Source: a virus. Taken from it: 64,000 nucleotides of DNA. Under the pieces are notes generated by a model. The model did not search any database and was not told the DNA's origin. It saw only the letters and a list, made by a program, of their open reading frames with translations. Every line of letters starts with the position of its first letter. Within the stretch, counting starts at the first letter, position 1. The position numbers and the translations under genes were made by a program. Below, piece after piece: positions 53,446-63,033 of the stretch. The stretch lies in IMG/VR virus record IMGVR_UViG_3300005537_000002, positions 64,001 through 128,000 of that record; one strand, given 5' to 3'.

Positions 53446-53842
53446 TAGGGATAACCGGTTGCACGCACGTTATATCAACGGTATACCCGTGGGTGAGTGG
53501 TTGATGCAACAGCCAGAGTGGGTAGAGGTGTTTGAGCGTATTAAGCCGACCTACTTAGGTATGACAGTGACTTGCCGCTATAATGGGTACGACGAGTCGA
53601 CAAGTACTTACTACACTCGTAGGTCTACTGTCGTGGATGTGGATATGGGGGCTCACGGTAATGGAGTCTGGTTGGTCGTTGCAAGTAGGGAGTTTGGTAA
53701 GTTAGTACGATTGCCGGGATATGCAATCGTCGTAAGGAATAGACTTATTAAGACTTACCTCGACGATTTGGATCGAGAGCGTAGAGCTAGGTACTTACTA
53801 CGTTCGCAATTACATGTAGCTGTCGATGTACCAATGGACTAG
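53435..53842 (+). CDS. Hypothetical protein
   Basis: GAGGAG RBS. Confidence 0.55.
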   Translation: MFSSRDNRLHARYINGIPVGEWLMQQPEWVEVFERIKPTYLGMTVTCRYNGYDESTSTYYTRRSTVVDVDMGAHGNGVWLVVASREFGKLVRLPGYAIVVRNRLIKTYLDDLDRERRARYLLRSQLHVAVDVPMD

Positions 53843-53866
53843 TCACTGTGCTAGAGGAGGTCAACT

Positions 53867-54271
53867 ATGACACTGGAAGAACTGAACGAACGGTTACCGG
53901 AAGAGTTGAGAAGCCGTACGTTAGAGGGAATCAACGAACGCATCATCAACCATCCAGCGTTGGGGGTTACATATTGTATCTCGCAAGGGCAATTGGACCG
54001 TACAATTGCGGGAGATGAGTGGTCAGAGTACGCGAGTAACTTAGTCTTAGCCGACATTCAGCAGGAGGTTGTGGCAGCTCGAATGCGTCTGTTCTTAGGA
54101 GACATCTTCTCGAAGATGGTTGAGTTCGGTGCCGAACTTATCGAACTGGAAGCTGATAGATGGCGTCGGCTACTAGACTACAACGGAGACTGGACGAGTT
54201 CTCTCAACTATGATAACGATTGGTTTGCTGTGAGACTTAGTAAAGAGCTTGAAAAGAAGGGGTTACTATGA
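53867..54271 (+). CDS. Hypothetical protein
   Basis: GGAGGT RBS. Confidence 0.55.
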   Translation: MTLEELNERLPEELRSRTLEGINERIINHPALGVTYCISQGQLDRTIAGDEWSEYASNLVLADIQQEVVAARMRLFLGDIFSKMVEFGAELIELEADRWRRLLDYNGDWTSSLNYDNDWFAVRLSKELEKKGLL

Positions 54272-54600
54272 GTGACAATCCGTATGAGTTGCGTAGTTTT
54301 GATCGAGAAGCACTGATAAAGGCAGTGCAACCCGAACATCCGGATGAGTTTAGCGCGTATTACTACTTGATGGAGCAGGCAGGCTTGTTCCGATGGCTGG
54401 CATTCGAGACAGATGAAATGTCTACCGCAGCTCAGGAGCAGGTCGCGGAGACATTTGAGAGCGTTGCCGCAGCAAAAATCTGCTGCTTTGACTTTGACTC
54501 TGTGTCAACAGACTGCAACCTGCTACTAGTTTATACTGACACCCAGTTACATAGCGTACTAACGCACGCGTGTCAGTACTACGAAGAGGAGGTCGAGTAG
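54268..54600 (+). CDS. Hypothetical acidic protein
   Basis: ATGA overlap. Confidence 0.55.
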   Translation: MSDNPYELRSFDREALIKAVQPEHPDEFSAYYYLMEQAGLFRWLAFETDEMSTAAQEQVAETFESVAAAKICCFDFDSVSTDCNLLLVYTDTQLHSVLTHACQYYEEEVE

Positions 54601-54606
54601 ACTACT

Positions 54607-54930
54607 ATGCAGACCGGCGGATATGAAGGGTACACGCTACGCAAGTTCGATTACGTCGACGTACGTGAGATCACTGGCAGATACGAGATGAGCCTTGAGG
54701 ATTGCCAAGCATATGTACAAGGGCATATACAAGTAGACGTCACCATACCTTTTAGTGCAGAAGTCGTAGGTAAGGTAGGGGTAGTAAGAAAGGTTGCAGA
54801 AGTAATAGAGTACCTAAGGCCGGACCTTATATGCTTTCAGTACGTCGTAGTAGGAGGTGCCTTGTTAGTAATCGCCCATCGCAACGGATCGTTCGCTAGA
54901 CAACTGCTACAAAGGTGTACGTATGAGTGA
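54607..54930 (+). CDS. Hypothetical protein
   Basis: GGAGG RBS. Confidence 0.5.
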   Translation: MQTGGYEGYTLRKFDYVDVREITGRYEMSLEDCQAYVQGHIQVDVTIPFSAEVVGKVGVVRKVAEVIEYLRPDLICFQYVVVGGALLVIAHRNGSFARQLLQRCTYE

Positions 54931-55318
54931 CAGGCTAGACGACGAGTATGCTAAGGCTGTAGAAGACCTAGCCCGATCGGAGTTGCGAGGAGAGGTTACT
55001 GCAGAGGAGTTGGTGTGGCTGTACTCTAACCTACAGTGGTGGCGAGATGCTCTCCAACGCATTTACGAAGACCAAATGAGGTTTATCGAGTCGATGGCTC
55101 GATCGATGGAGTCCATCGGCAAGATAAAGAAGGGAAGTGACACGCAACGGACGTCACAGGAAGCTAGAGAACGGAAGTCTGCTCTCTTCAACCGTATTAA
55201 AAGTCGTAAGCGTTACCTGGAGTGTATCAAAGCACGTAAGTTGACGGTAGACAACTACATCTACATACGAAACCGACAAGCACAGATCTCGGACGCAGAA
55301 GGGGACGACAATGGGTAG
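54923..55318 (+). CDS. Coiled-coil hypothetical protein
   Basis: Overlap packing. Confidence 0.55.
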   Translation: MSDRLDDEYAKAVEDLARSELRGEVTAEELVWLYSNLQWWRDALQRIYEDQMRFIESMARSMESIGKIKKGSDTQRTSQEARERKSALFNRIKSRKRYLECIKARKLTVDNYIYIRNRQAQISDAEGDDNG

Positions 55319-55631
55319 AGAAGACCCTAGAACAGATCCTTATGAATCATATTATGGAGAAGAACCGTTTGACAAGACTCCCTATACTCGATCAGAGGAG
55401 TTTCAGTCGGCTCTGGATAGCTCTGACTGTAAGGGGGTTGAAGAGGCACACGCTTTAGGTTTAGCACAGTTGTATGAGCTGCAGGACGAAGTTAACGACG
55501 CTATTAGGATAGCTATTGCAAAGAAGGTGATGAAAGTACTCGGTCGTATGTTGACTGAGGACGAGCAGGAAGATCTTAGAGACTGGTACGTGTCCGAGAC
55601 TAGATGGCTGATAGGAGTTATAGAAAGCTAG
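55311..55631 (+). CDS. Hypothetical protein, paralog of 55646-55945
   Basis: MGR+D...EEA/V...LA+...+L.R.L+.+E.+D+.+W. Confidence 0.55.
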   Translation: MGREDPRTDPYESYYGEEPFDKTPYTRSEEFQSALDSSDCKGVEEAHALGLAQLYELQDEVNDAIRIAIAKKVMKVLGRMLTEDEQEDLRDWYVSETRWLIGVIES

Positions 55632-55645
55632 GAGGGAAATCGACA

Positions 55646-55945
55646 ATGGGTAGAGACATTGATCCGGACGAGTATGAGTACGAGCGACCTACGGATTTGG
55701 ATGAGGCGTTAAAGACCGTAGGAGATCTACCGACAGTTAAGGATGCTGAAGAAGTGGCATTCGGTCGCCTAGCGGAAGCAGCTGGAGTAGCAGATGAGTA
55801 TATAAGGGACGTAATAGTACGCGAACTGTCCGCCATGTTGCAACGTACACTGAGTAGGGAGGAGGTTGACGACGTAATGGAGTGGGTGCAGTCTAGTCTC
55901 CCGTCAGTTGGTTGGAGCATAGTTAGCAGAAGAGACGGAGTATAG
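55646..55945 (+). CDS. Hypothetical protein, paralog of 55311-55631
   Basis: AGGAGG RBS; shared pattern. Confidence 0.55.
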   Translation: MGRDIDPDEYEYERPTDLDEALKTVGDLPTVKDAEEVAFGRLAEAAGVADEYIRDVIVRELSAMLQRTLSREEVDDVMEWVQSSLPSVGWSIVSRRDGV

Positions 55946-55947
55946 CC

Positions 55948-56475
55948 ATGATGAGGGTGAGTGAGTTGTTACACTCACTACAAGCTCTAAAAGAGGACGA
56001 ACAGTTCTCTACGCTATATCCACTTATGTTAGGTATTAGCGGACCGTATAGCTTCCAGACTAGAAGAGGGCGACGACAGTACTACACGACACTGCAGGGC
56101 ATAGCTGACATAGCAGACGACGACACTGTGCTAGGCCACAAAACTGGAGATTTCTTTAGCGAGGCAGATAGAGAGTCCGCCGGCGAGTACGAGATCGGCA
56201 TCGAGCGGTTGGTGTATATTATAGGTAATATGGTACCCAACGCTGAAGATGCTATGACCGTGTCTGAAGCCGAGCGTAAGTTAGCACAGCTGTGTAAGTA
56301 CGGTTTAGGGAACGCTGGCGTGGTATTGATACTGGACTGTGACGAGGACGTACCTTGTACGGAGGTTGCGTCAGTGGCAGTAAGTAATGGTCGAGTAGAG
56401 CTAGTTTCGACTGGAGCTACCAGTTGGTGTCACATCGGCTTACAGAACTGGTCGAGGTTTCAGAGGAGGATGTAA
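55948..56475 (+). CDS. Hypothetical protein
   Basis: GGAG RBS. Confidence 0.55.
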   Translation: MMRVSELLHSLQALKEDEQFSTLYPLMLGISGPYSFQTRRGRRQYYTTLQGIADIADDDTVLGHKTGDFFSEADRESAGEYEIGIERLVYIIGNMVPNAEDAMTVSEAERKLAQLCKYGLGNAGVVLILDCDEDVPCTEVASVAVSNGRVELVSTGATSWCHIGLQNWSRFQRRM

Positions 56476-56510
56476 GAGTATATGTCACACTACGATGATT
56501 AAGGAGAAGT

Positions 56511-56906
56511 ATGTCGTATAATAACAGTCGAGGACCTAGGAGAATACCTCTGACATGGTTTGAGTTGAAATCAATCACTCCTCAACCTCTATTACATAAG
56601 GGTACAGTATATGCACAACAGTTAACTGGTACACACTTCGATCCTGAGAGATGCTCAACTCAAGCATGGCGTGAGTGGGCTTATGATGCCATGCTTGTCG
56701 GCATTCGAAGAGCCTTTTGCGAGGAGCTGATTGAACGCTTACAGAAAGTTGCACTAGAGTACACTACTCAAACACACCAGCACATTAGTGCTTTCCAAGT
56801 ACTGTATAGTGTCGGGAACGACAACTTGTTCCCGGATAACTTAGGAGTCGACCTAGATAGGGACATTGGCGACAACATCTGGCGTCGAGTATCCCGACCT
56901 GACTAG
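56511..56906 (+). CDS. Hypothetical protein, paralog of 42024-42389
   Basis: AAGGAG RBS; GND.LFP motif. Confidence 0.6.
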   Translation: MSYNNSRGPRRIPLTWFELKSITPQPLLHKGTVYAQQLTGTHFDPERCSTQAWREWAYDAMLVGIRRAFCEELIERLQKVALEYTTQTHQHISAFQVLYSVGNDNLFPDNLGVDLDRDIGDNIWRRVSRPD

Positions 56907-56910
56907 GTCC

Positions 56911-56977
56911 ACAAGAGGCCGAAAGCTATTATACTTTCGGCCTCTTGTTTTCGATTGGGTGAATATTTTATAATATA
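56911..56977 (+). promoter_or_regulatory. Terminator-promoter cassette identical to 42394-42460
   Basis: 67-bp identity; -35 at 56945, TATAAT at 56969. Confidence 0.85.
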
Positions 56978-57021
56978 TTATATAAATATAATTCTTTCAC
57001 ACCTAACGAAAGGGGTAGCTA

Positions 57022-57333
57022 ATGAATACACTAGTTGGTACAGTTACGGACATCTCTCCGCGGAGGCTTAGGCTTTCACTCATTCGCGGCGGTGGACCTA
57101 TCGGTACGCCATTGGTTGTAGTCGAGATGTCCGTAGAGGACCCCTACCGATCTTACTTTGGAGTGAGTTCACGGCAGGAGTTCTGGGGTAGCCGATGGGA
57201 TGAGATTGCAGCCCCACAAGATATTCAGGTCGGTACGCGAGTGCGTATCGGTCTCAACCCCATCGGTATCCCGATGGACATTCGAAAGGAGGCACTGAGT
57301 GAGACAAACACCATCGACCCCCGAGTTCTTTGA
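57022..57333 (+). CDS. Hypothetical beta-rich (possible OB-fold) protein
   Basis: GTVTDI...VGTRVRI pattern. Confidence 0.45.
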   Translation: MNTLVGTVTDISPRRLRLSLIRGGGPIGTPLVVVEMSVEDPYRSYFGVSSRQEFWGSRWDEIAAPQDIQVGTRVRIGLNPIGIPMDIRKEALSETNTIDPRVL

Positions 57334-57664
57334 TCAGTGGGTACAGAGCTTTGCTAGGCGTGGAGAGCGGCCACGACACTGGAACGTTCCACCGGAGCAT
57401 CCGCGTCTAGTAGAGTTATGCACTCTGCTCGGAACAGAGGTGAGTGATATAGCGGTCATTCACAGTATACAGTCAGAACCACCGGAGGAGTGTCGCACAT
57501 CAAAAAGTGGGCGGAGGTACTCAATGCAAATTGGGTCTCGTGTGACATGGAAGATGGGGTATGACTTCCGAACGGCTGCTCCATACGCCTTCGTATGGCT
57601 TGATGGAGAGCAGGTCGTCTACAGATGGCCACAACAAGGCCAGTCATCACACTGGCTAGATTAA
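57299..57664 (+). CDS. Hypothetical protein
   Basis: AAGGAGG RBS. Confidence 0.5.
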   Translation: MRQTPSTPEFFDQWVQSFARRGERPRHWNVPPEHPRLVELCTLLGTEVSDIAVIHSIQSEPPEECRTSKSGRRYSMQIGSRVTWKMGYDFRTAAPYAFVWLDGEQVVYRWPQQGQSSHWLD

Positions 57665-58293
57665 ATGCTAGTTTATGTTGTTTAGTAGGGAGAACCAACT
57701 TGAGAGAGGACGAGCTAAAAGCTCTATACGACGAACTGGTAGGCGTCGCTAAGTTCTCAGTCATGAGAGCGTTGCTAGACGTAGCGGATAACAACGGAAG
57801 TAGATGGAGTGAGGACCTAGCAGACACCTGCTACTCGATGACGGAGCAAGAGGCTGAAGGATTAGCACAGGTGTTTGTCGAGGATCCGGTTGGTGACATG
57901 CTAGTCTACTTCACGGACGAGCTTAGACACCTGATAAGGAAATATACCCACAAACCAGTCGAGGTAGTTGAGCGTGAAGGCTTTACTATCGGAGACCACA
58001 TGGCAGTGGACGGTAGCGTAGAGGTACGCTACTATACCATTGCTGGACCAGGGGTGTACACGAAGTCTTCAGCTGGTTTACAGCACTGCCTCGACGTGTT
58101 ACGAGCACAGCCAGACCTCACTGTGCTACCAAACCGAAATGGGATTTATCAGGCCTATGTCAGTTGCAGTCTGATACAACGACCCTCACTAGACGCCCTG
58201 CGGAGCTATATCGGAGGCATACTTGTTGAGGCGGGCATCCAGCCACTACAGACAAGTATCGTCTTGCAGTTTGGAGGAGAGCCGTATGAATAA
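57625..58293 (+). CDS. Hypothetical protein
   Basis: Long ORF; start uncertain. Confidence 0.55.
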   Translation: MATTRPVITLARLNASLCCLVGRTNLREDELKALYDELVGVAKFSVMRALLDVADNNGSRWSEDLADTCYSMTEQEAEGLAQVFVEDPVGDMLVYFTDELRHLIRKYTHKPVEVVEREGFTIGDHMAVDGSVEVRYYTIAGPGVYTKSSAGLQHCLDVLRAQPDLTVLPNRNGIYQAYVSCSLIQRPSLDALRSYIGGILVEAGIQPLQTSIVLQFGGEPYE

Positions 58294-58765
58294 AGACCAG
58301 TTTACAGCATACGTTGAGTCGTTACCTGGGAAGTTTGTACTCGCAGTTGCAGAGCGTATTACAAACGGCGAGTGCGGTCTTTATGAGAGATTCGAGGTGC
58401 ACAAGACGCTAACGTACGCCATCGTGTGTAATGACTTACCTCATTGGGTGGATAAGTATATATTGGACTCCGAGCATCCCATCGAGTTTCCATACACTGG
58501 CGTCCACGAAGACTGGTGGTTGGTGCTCTACAACGCCTTTAACCGAGAGGCTCAAGTAGTTATAGCGGACAAAGCGATAGAGCACATGGGAGATGTGCTT
58601 AAGGAGTTCATGGAGGCTGTGCGTAACAATCTAGCGCCTCACTTCGAAGGGGAGTTCTACGAAGACCCGAACGATTTCTACAACATACTAGAGAAGTCGA
58701 TGGATAGTAAAGCGTTCCAAGTGTACATGCCGAACATCGCGGCTAAGAAGGAATTCACGATATGA
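58223..58765 (+). CDS. Hypothetical protein
   Basis: GGAGGAG RBS before the internal MNKDQ start. Confidence 0.55.
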   Translation: MLRRASSHYRQVSSCSLEESRMNKDQFTAYVESLPGKFVLAVAERITNGECGLYERFEVHKTLTYAIVCNDLPHWVDKYILDSEHPIEFPYTGVHEDWWLVLYNAFNREAQVVIADKAIEHMGDVLKEFMEAVRNNLAPHFEGEFYEDPNDFYNILEKSMDSKAFQVYMPNIAAKKEFTI

Positions 58766-59568
58766 GTACGTGGTCTGGACTAACGGTACTCGATGAGGAG
58801 ACGCAATACCTCATCGAGTACGTAGAAGCGTTACTAGGGGAGCTGCGGTATACTCGTAGTCAGGTTGAGTACGTAACTGAAGCTGGTTTCTCAGTCCGTA
58901 GGGTACTATTAGAAGGGGAGCACTACCCTAGAGGCTCTTGGTGCTATGAGATACGGTACGAGATTCCTGAAGCGGACGTAGTAGCACACCCCAGCCGTAT
59001 TGGATTCCGTCGAGGTACTAAGTTGTGGAAAGTCCAGTTGGATCATCACACCGACCAGCAAATGATCAAGCAGCATTATGTCAGTCGGTATGCGAGAACC
59101 ATTAACCTATGGCTCTCTCACTATAAAGCGTATGAGTTCGTCGCCATAGACGACGTTAGTAGCTTACCAGAACCCGTATGTAGAGTTGAGTTCGTGGACG
59201 ACTACCCAAAACTGGAGACGTATTGGGGGGTTACTAACGAACGTCTGAAGTCTTACTGGCTGCGGTTCGCATTTAGTCATTGGAAGCTCATTAGAACACA
59301 GTTACATGAGTCCGAGGGGTTTACCATTTGCAAGACGCTAGTCGGTACTGTACCCGGATACGTTATTGGAGTAGATTATCCATCGTCCGCTAAGGATACT
59401 AGCATCTCTCTATACTATTATGATCCGAACGCGGACGTAGACGAGATTCAAGCGGAATCTGCTAAGTTAGCCAGAAGTTTACACGAGGTAGGAGAGGGTA
59501 TCTACGTCCGTACGAACTTGATGGGCATATCTCCGTATGCCCATATTCGAGTCTTCTTAACCGACTGA
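58762..59568 (+). CDS. Hypothetical protein
   Basis: ATGA overlap; 268 aa. Confidence 0.65.
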   Translation: MSTWSGLTVLDEETQYLIEYVEALLGELRYTRSQVEYVTEAGFSVRRVLLEGEHYPRGSWCYEIRYEIPEADVVAHPSRIGFRRGTKLWKVQLDHHTDQQMIKQHYVSRYARTINLWLSHYKAYEFVAIDDVSSLPEPVCRVEFVDDYPKLETYWGVTNERLKSYWLRFAFSHWKLIRTQLHESEGFTICKTLVGTVPGYVIGVDYPSSAKDTSISLYYYDPNADVDEIQAESAKLARSLHEVGEGIYVRTNLMGISPYAHIRVFLTD

Positions 59569-59580
59569 CAAGGAGGATCT

Positions 59581-59958
59581 ATGACAGTAGACCCAGATCG
59601 AGAGTGGGACGACGAGTTCGATCCACGCAACCTACATCAAGTACGAGAGGTGATCTTAGACGCACTGTCGTTTAGAGTCACTCAGAACTCTGCCCGTAAG
59701 TTATACCCTAATGTATACAACTGGCTGTGTACGTATGCTTCGTCCATGAGTAACGTCCAGCACTCACCCGACGATAGGATTCAGTCCTTTGACTTGTACA
59801 ACAGAGTCCGTTGGTACGGAGAGGAAGATTTGAGCTCTCCGACGCGGGCTGTCACTGACAACGGACTACAACCTGTGCTACCTGGATTCGAACCTCCACA
59901 GTCAAGCCCAAGACGTTATCATATTACTATCGAAGTATTAGACAACTGGAAGGATTAG
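59581..59958 (+). CDS. Hypothetical protein
   Basis: AAGGAGG RBS. Confidence 0.55.
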   Translation: MTVDPDREWDDEFDPRNLHQVREVILDALSFRVTQNSARKLYPNVYNWLCTYASSMSNVQHSPDDRIQSFDLYNRVRWYGEEDLSSPTRAVTDNGLQPVLPGFEPPQSSPRRYHITIEVLDNWKD

Positions 59959-59962
59959 GTAT

Positions 59963-60193
59963 ATGTATAGAGCAGAGTGGGATAGGAGACTGCGAGAGAG
60001 CAAACGTCAGTTGGAGGAGATAGCTGAAGAGTTCTATCCGACGTGGCTCACAGAACTCGCCTCACTAACTGGAGAGAGTGTAGAGACGATAGACCGTAAG
60101 GTGATGTACATTGCAGAGCACACGACGTTAGGAGACAAGTACATAGTCATCAATACCTTGCTTATGTACTACCGACTCCCGTGGAAAGGCTAA
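59963..60193 (+). CDS. Hypothetical protein
   Basis: Operon packing. Confidence 0.5.
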   Translation: MYRAEWDRRLRESKRQLEEIAEEFYPTWLTELASLTGESVETIDRKVMYIAEHTTLGDKYIVINTLLMYYRLPWKG

Positions 60194-60210
60194 ACGAGCA
60201 ACTACAAGTA

Positions 60211-60265
60211 GAGGTGCAAACGTAGTTTGCACCTCTTGTTTTCAACCGGTAGAATTATTTATAAT
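60211..60265 (+). promoter_or_regulatory. Terminator hairpin fused to a sigma70-like promoter
   Basis: GAGGTGCAAA-CGTAG-TTTGCACCTC, then TTGTTT(60236)-18-TATAAT. Confidence 0.75.
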
Positions 60266-60309
60266 ATATTATATAAATATAATCTTACACACCACATGGA
60301 GGACTAGTC

Positions 60310-60621
60310 ATGGATATGCGTACTTGGACCCGAACGATGTCCTTACAGGAGTACATCGCGTATGAGTGGAATGAGGGTGATTTGAAACTGGTTACAGATT
60401 TCATGCGTAAGTATACAGAAAAGTCGTGGACTGAAGTGTGCAGGCTCCGATTCGTCACGTTCTTTGCAGACCCTACGATGGAACTCCCCATACAACCGAA
60501 TGGGGAGTGCACTTTAATGGCGTACCAGTTCGGTATTTGGCATGAGGAAAGGCGGCCAACTCTAACCGTAGGCAACGATGTGTACATTTGTTGGGATATA
60601 GAAGAAGGTAAGGAGAACTAA
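60310..60621 (+). CDS. Hypothetical protein
   Basis: GGAGG RBS. Confidence 0.55.
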   Translation: MDMRTWTRTMSLQEYIAYEWNEGDLKLVTDFMRKYTEKSWTEVCRLRFVTFFADPTMELPIQPNGECTLMAYQFGIWHEERRPTLTVGNDVYICWDIEEGKEN

Positions 60622-60622
60622 T

Positions 60623-60946
60623 ATGACGCTAGAAGAGTTACGAGCAAGAGTCGGAGAACGAGACTGGGAAGCGTTCGAGTCAGTGTATGACGTAGCTAGC
60701 ATGCTTGCAGACGACGAGTTCGAGCTAGATTGGATTGACACCTGGGTCCGAGGTATGAACGACATGCACTGTGCTAGAGCTTTGCCTCGAGTACTAGCTA
60801 TGTGGACTATCGACTATATTCGCCGTTGCGATGCGAATATAGAAGTTGTACTCTCGGCAACTTCTTTTGCTAACCAAGCGTCGCCGAATTTCGGTGATGC
60901 CTTTATAGCGGCGGTACGACAGGAACTTCACAAAGAGGAGTCGTAA
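60623..60946 (+). CDS. Cassette gene A (paralog of 61385-61705)
   Basis: MTLE.+R..VGE+.WEAF...D+...L...E.EL.++D.W. Confidence 0.6.
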   Translation: MTLEELRARVGERDWEAFESVYDVASMLADDEFELDWIDTWVRGMNDMHCARALPRVLAMWTIDYIRRCDANIEVVLSATSFANQASPNFGDAFIAAVRQELHKEES

Positions 60947-60950
60947 GCAC

Positions 60951-61388
60951 ATGTCAAACGTCATTGTGCTACGTCACCAAAAGACGTATATCGTGATAGG
61001 AACTCCGCTCGACGACTTAGACAAAATTCGAGCGGAGATACCAAATCTAAAACAGGGTGAGTGGAAGCTGTCCAGTCTAGACGACCTCTATCGAGCGTAT
61101 CAGGCACCGAGGGTGGGTCAAGTCTATGTAGGCGTAGAACTAGCGAAGGAGTTGCGTAGACTGACCGGCTGGATCGAACATGAGTACAGTGACGACACCG
61201 AGTACAAGCTCGTCACTAACGGTGAGGTCGGTAGAGTACTCATGTTCTACGCCTGTCACTTACGTAAGTGGAAGCACAGGTACTGGCCCATCAACCGTAA
61301 TACACTAGGTCAATGTGCTACGTGCTACAACTATGCACAAGCTGTTGGTGTACGTCCAGTTAAACTTAAGAAGGAGACAAGCAAATGA
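60951..61388 (+). CDS. Cassette gene B (paralog of 61722-62207)
   Basis: +LRH.K.YIV+G, W.LS.LD+L, V..VYVG..+A.E. Confidence 0.6.
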   Translation: MSNVIVLRHQKTYIVIGTPLDDLDKIRAEIPNLKQGEWKLSSLDDLYRAYQAPRVGQVYVGVELAKELRRLTGWIEHEYSDDTEYKLVTNGEVGRVLMFYACHLRKWKHRYWPINRNTLGQCATCYNYAQAVGVRPVKLKKETSK

Positions 61389-61705
61389 TGACACTCGAAC
61401 GTGTACGTGAACTCGTCGGAGAGAAGCACTGGGAGGCTTTTCAGCAAGAGATGGATATGTCCGTGGTGCTCGAGTCTGAAGAGGAAGAACTCTCGTTTTT
61501 GGATGCGTGGAAGTACCAACGCGACACTGCTGCGTGCGCAAGTGACATCTACGAGCAACTCGCTAAGTATGCGGTAGACTACATACTAGGTTGTGGAGTC
61601 TCCGTAGAGGACTACCTCGACTTCACTGACATGATCTATCGACCAGACTTCGCAGAACAAATGCTAGTAGCTATAGACAAAGAGGGCAGCTCTCGTAAAC
61701 AGTAA
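61385..61705 (+). CDS. Cassette gene A'
   Basis: Paralog of 60623-60946. Confidence 0.6.
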   Translation: MMTLERVRELVGEKHWEAFQQEMDMSVVLESEEEELSFLDAWKYQRDTAACASDIYEQLAKYAVDYILGCGVSVEDYLDFTDMIYRPDFAEQMLVAIDKEGSSRKQ

Positions 61706-61721
61706 GACTAAAGGAGGAACT

Positions 61722-62207
61722 ATGCCAATCACACTCATATTAAGACATTGGAAGCACGCTAAATATATCGTGCTTGGGGTAGCAGAGACAGCTAACGAGG
61801 ATGGGCTAGCTGAATACGACTCGATAGATGCCATCATGAACGAGTCTAAGTATCTAGACTCACATAGATGGATTCTATCAGGCTTAGACGAACTTGCCTA
61901 CGAGTTCGGGGAACAAGCTGTAGCAAGTGTGTATGTAGGCTCCGTTGTAGCAGCTGAGTGTATAGAACGTGTCGGTTGGCCGTACTACCAACTGAGAATG
62001 GCTCTAGAACATGCCTTAGAAGATGAAGGAGATGGTATAGCACGTCGGTCTCACACAAGTGGAATCTTCGGTAGGGATCTCATATACGCTGTGTTACACC
62101 TGAATAGCACAGGTCACTTGTACAACCCGGTCAATCCAGAGGAAGGTGTTCCTTCTGGTAACTGTTGCTTTTGTATAGCAGAAAACGTAAACAAAGAAGA
62201 GTCGTAA
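61722..62207 (+). CDS. Cassette gene B'
   Basis: Paralog of 60951-61388; AAGGAGG RBS. Confidence 0.6.
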   Translation: MPITLILRHWKHAKYIVLGVAETANEDGLAEYDSIDAIMNESKYLDSHRWILSGLDELAYEFGEQAVASVYVGSVVAAECIERVGWPYYQLRMALEHALEDEGDGIARRSHTSGIFGRDLIYAVLHLNSTGHLYNPVNPEEGVPSGNCCFCIAENVNKEES

Positions 62208-62252
62208 GTGGATGAGCGAGCGTATATGGAACGTATGATGGAGTAGGAGTTA

Positions 62253-62561
62253 ATGTTGCGTAGTAGAAGGATTATTACTAGTGTCGTTGCTCTCGCGGTC
62301 TGTGCAGTCGCTGGCACAGCAAGCGGAGCGTTAGTGGAGCTAACTTGGCCTACCGGTCAAGCACAGTGTGTTGTGTTGTTAGCAGGTATGGTCGGACTAG
62401 TACTTGGAGGTATGTCCGTACACTACTGGACCCTAACCGAACCCAAGTACAAGCAGGTCGCAGTAGTGGAGGAAGATAACTTGCCAACGGCAAGTGCAAC
62501 TGTGCTAGCGTTAGAGGACTATACGAACGACGAGTTAGTTCTAGAGGAGGATGCCGTATGA
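62253..62561 (+). CDS. Two-TM membrane protein
   Basis: AGGAG RBS; two hydrophobic helices. Confidence 0.55.
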   Translation: MLRSRRIITSVVALAVCAVAGTASGALVELTWPTGQAQCVVLLAGMVGLVLGGMSVHYWTLTEPKYKQVAVVEEDNLPTASATVLALEDYTNDELVLEEDAV

Positions 62562-62959
62562 GCCTACTACACGATTACTTTGCGATTAGAGTGTTTGGTA
62601 CTCATAAACAGGCTAGGTGGTTTCATAGTTGGGGTATACGAGAACCCCTTACGGTACACGTCGTGCACAGATGGACATACTCCTTAATGCTAGGTGAGAG
62701 AGGAGAAGTTGGATTTAGACCTACAGAACTGGACGAGCTACTGCCAGTGGTAGGCCTTCCAAGGCCGAAGATGTATCGGGCAGAGGGTGCAGCTGCTAAA
62801 GAGCTAGGGATACTAGTCTCATGCGTGGAGTGGAAGAGTATATCGCCTCAGACACCGCATGCTGATGAAGTTGGATATTGGAGGGTACTCAATGGAGTAT
62901 GGACGTTTTACCTCCGACATGATTGGCTCTGGTTTATGTACTCACCCGTAAAGGAATAA
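62558..62959 (+). CDS. Hypothetical protein
   Basis: GGAGG RBS. Confidence 0.55.
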   Translation: MSLLHDYFAIRVFGTHKQARWFHSWGIREPLTVHVVHRWTYSLMLGERGEVGFRPTELDELLPVVGLPRPKMYRAEGAAAKELGILVSCVEWKSISPQTPHADEVGYWRVLNGVWTFYLRHDWLWFMYSPVKE

Positions 62960-63003
62960 CGCCAACCCGAGTCGAAAACAAGGTACATTTACTCTATGTC
63001 CTC

Positions 63004-63033
63004 TTGTTTTCGACCGGGGTAATTATTTATAAT
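63004..63033 (+). promoter_or_regulatory. Sigma70-like phage promoter
   Basis: CCTC-TTGTTT-18-TATAAT. Confidence 0.75.
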
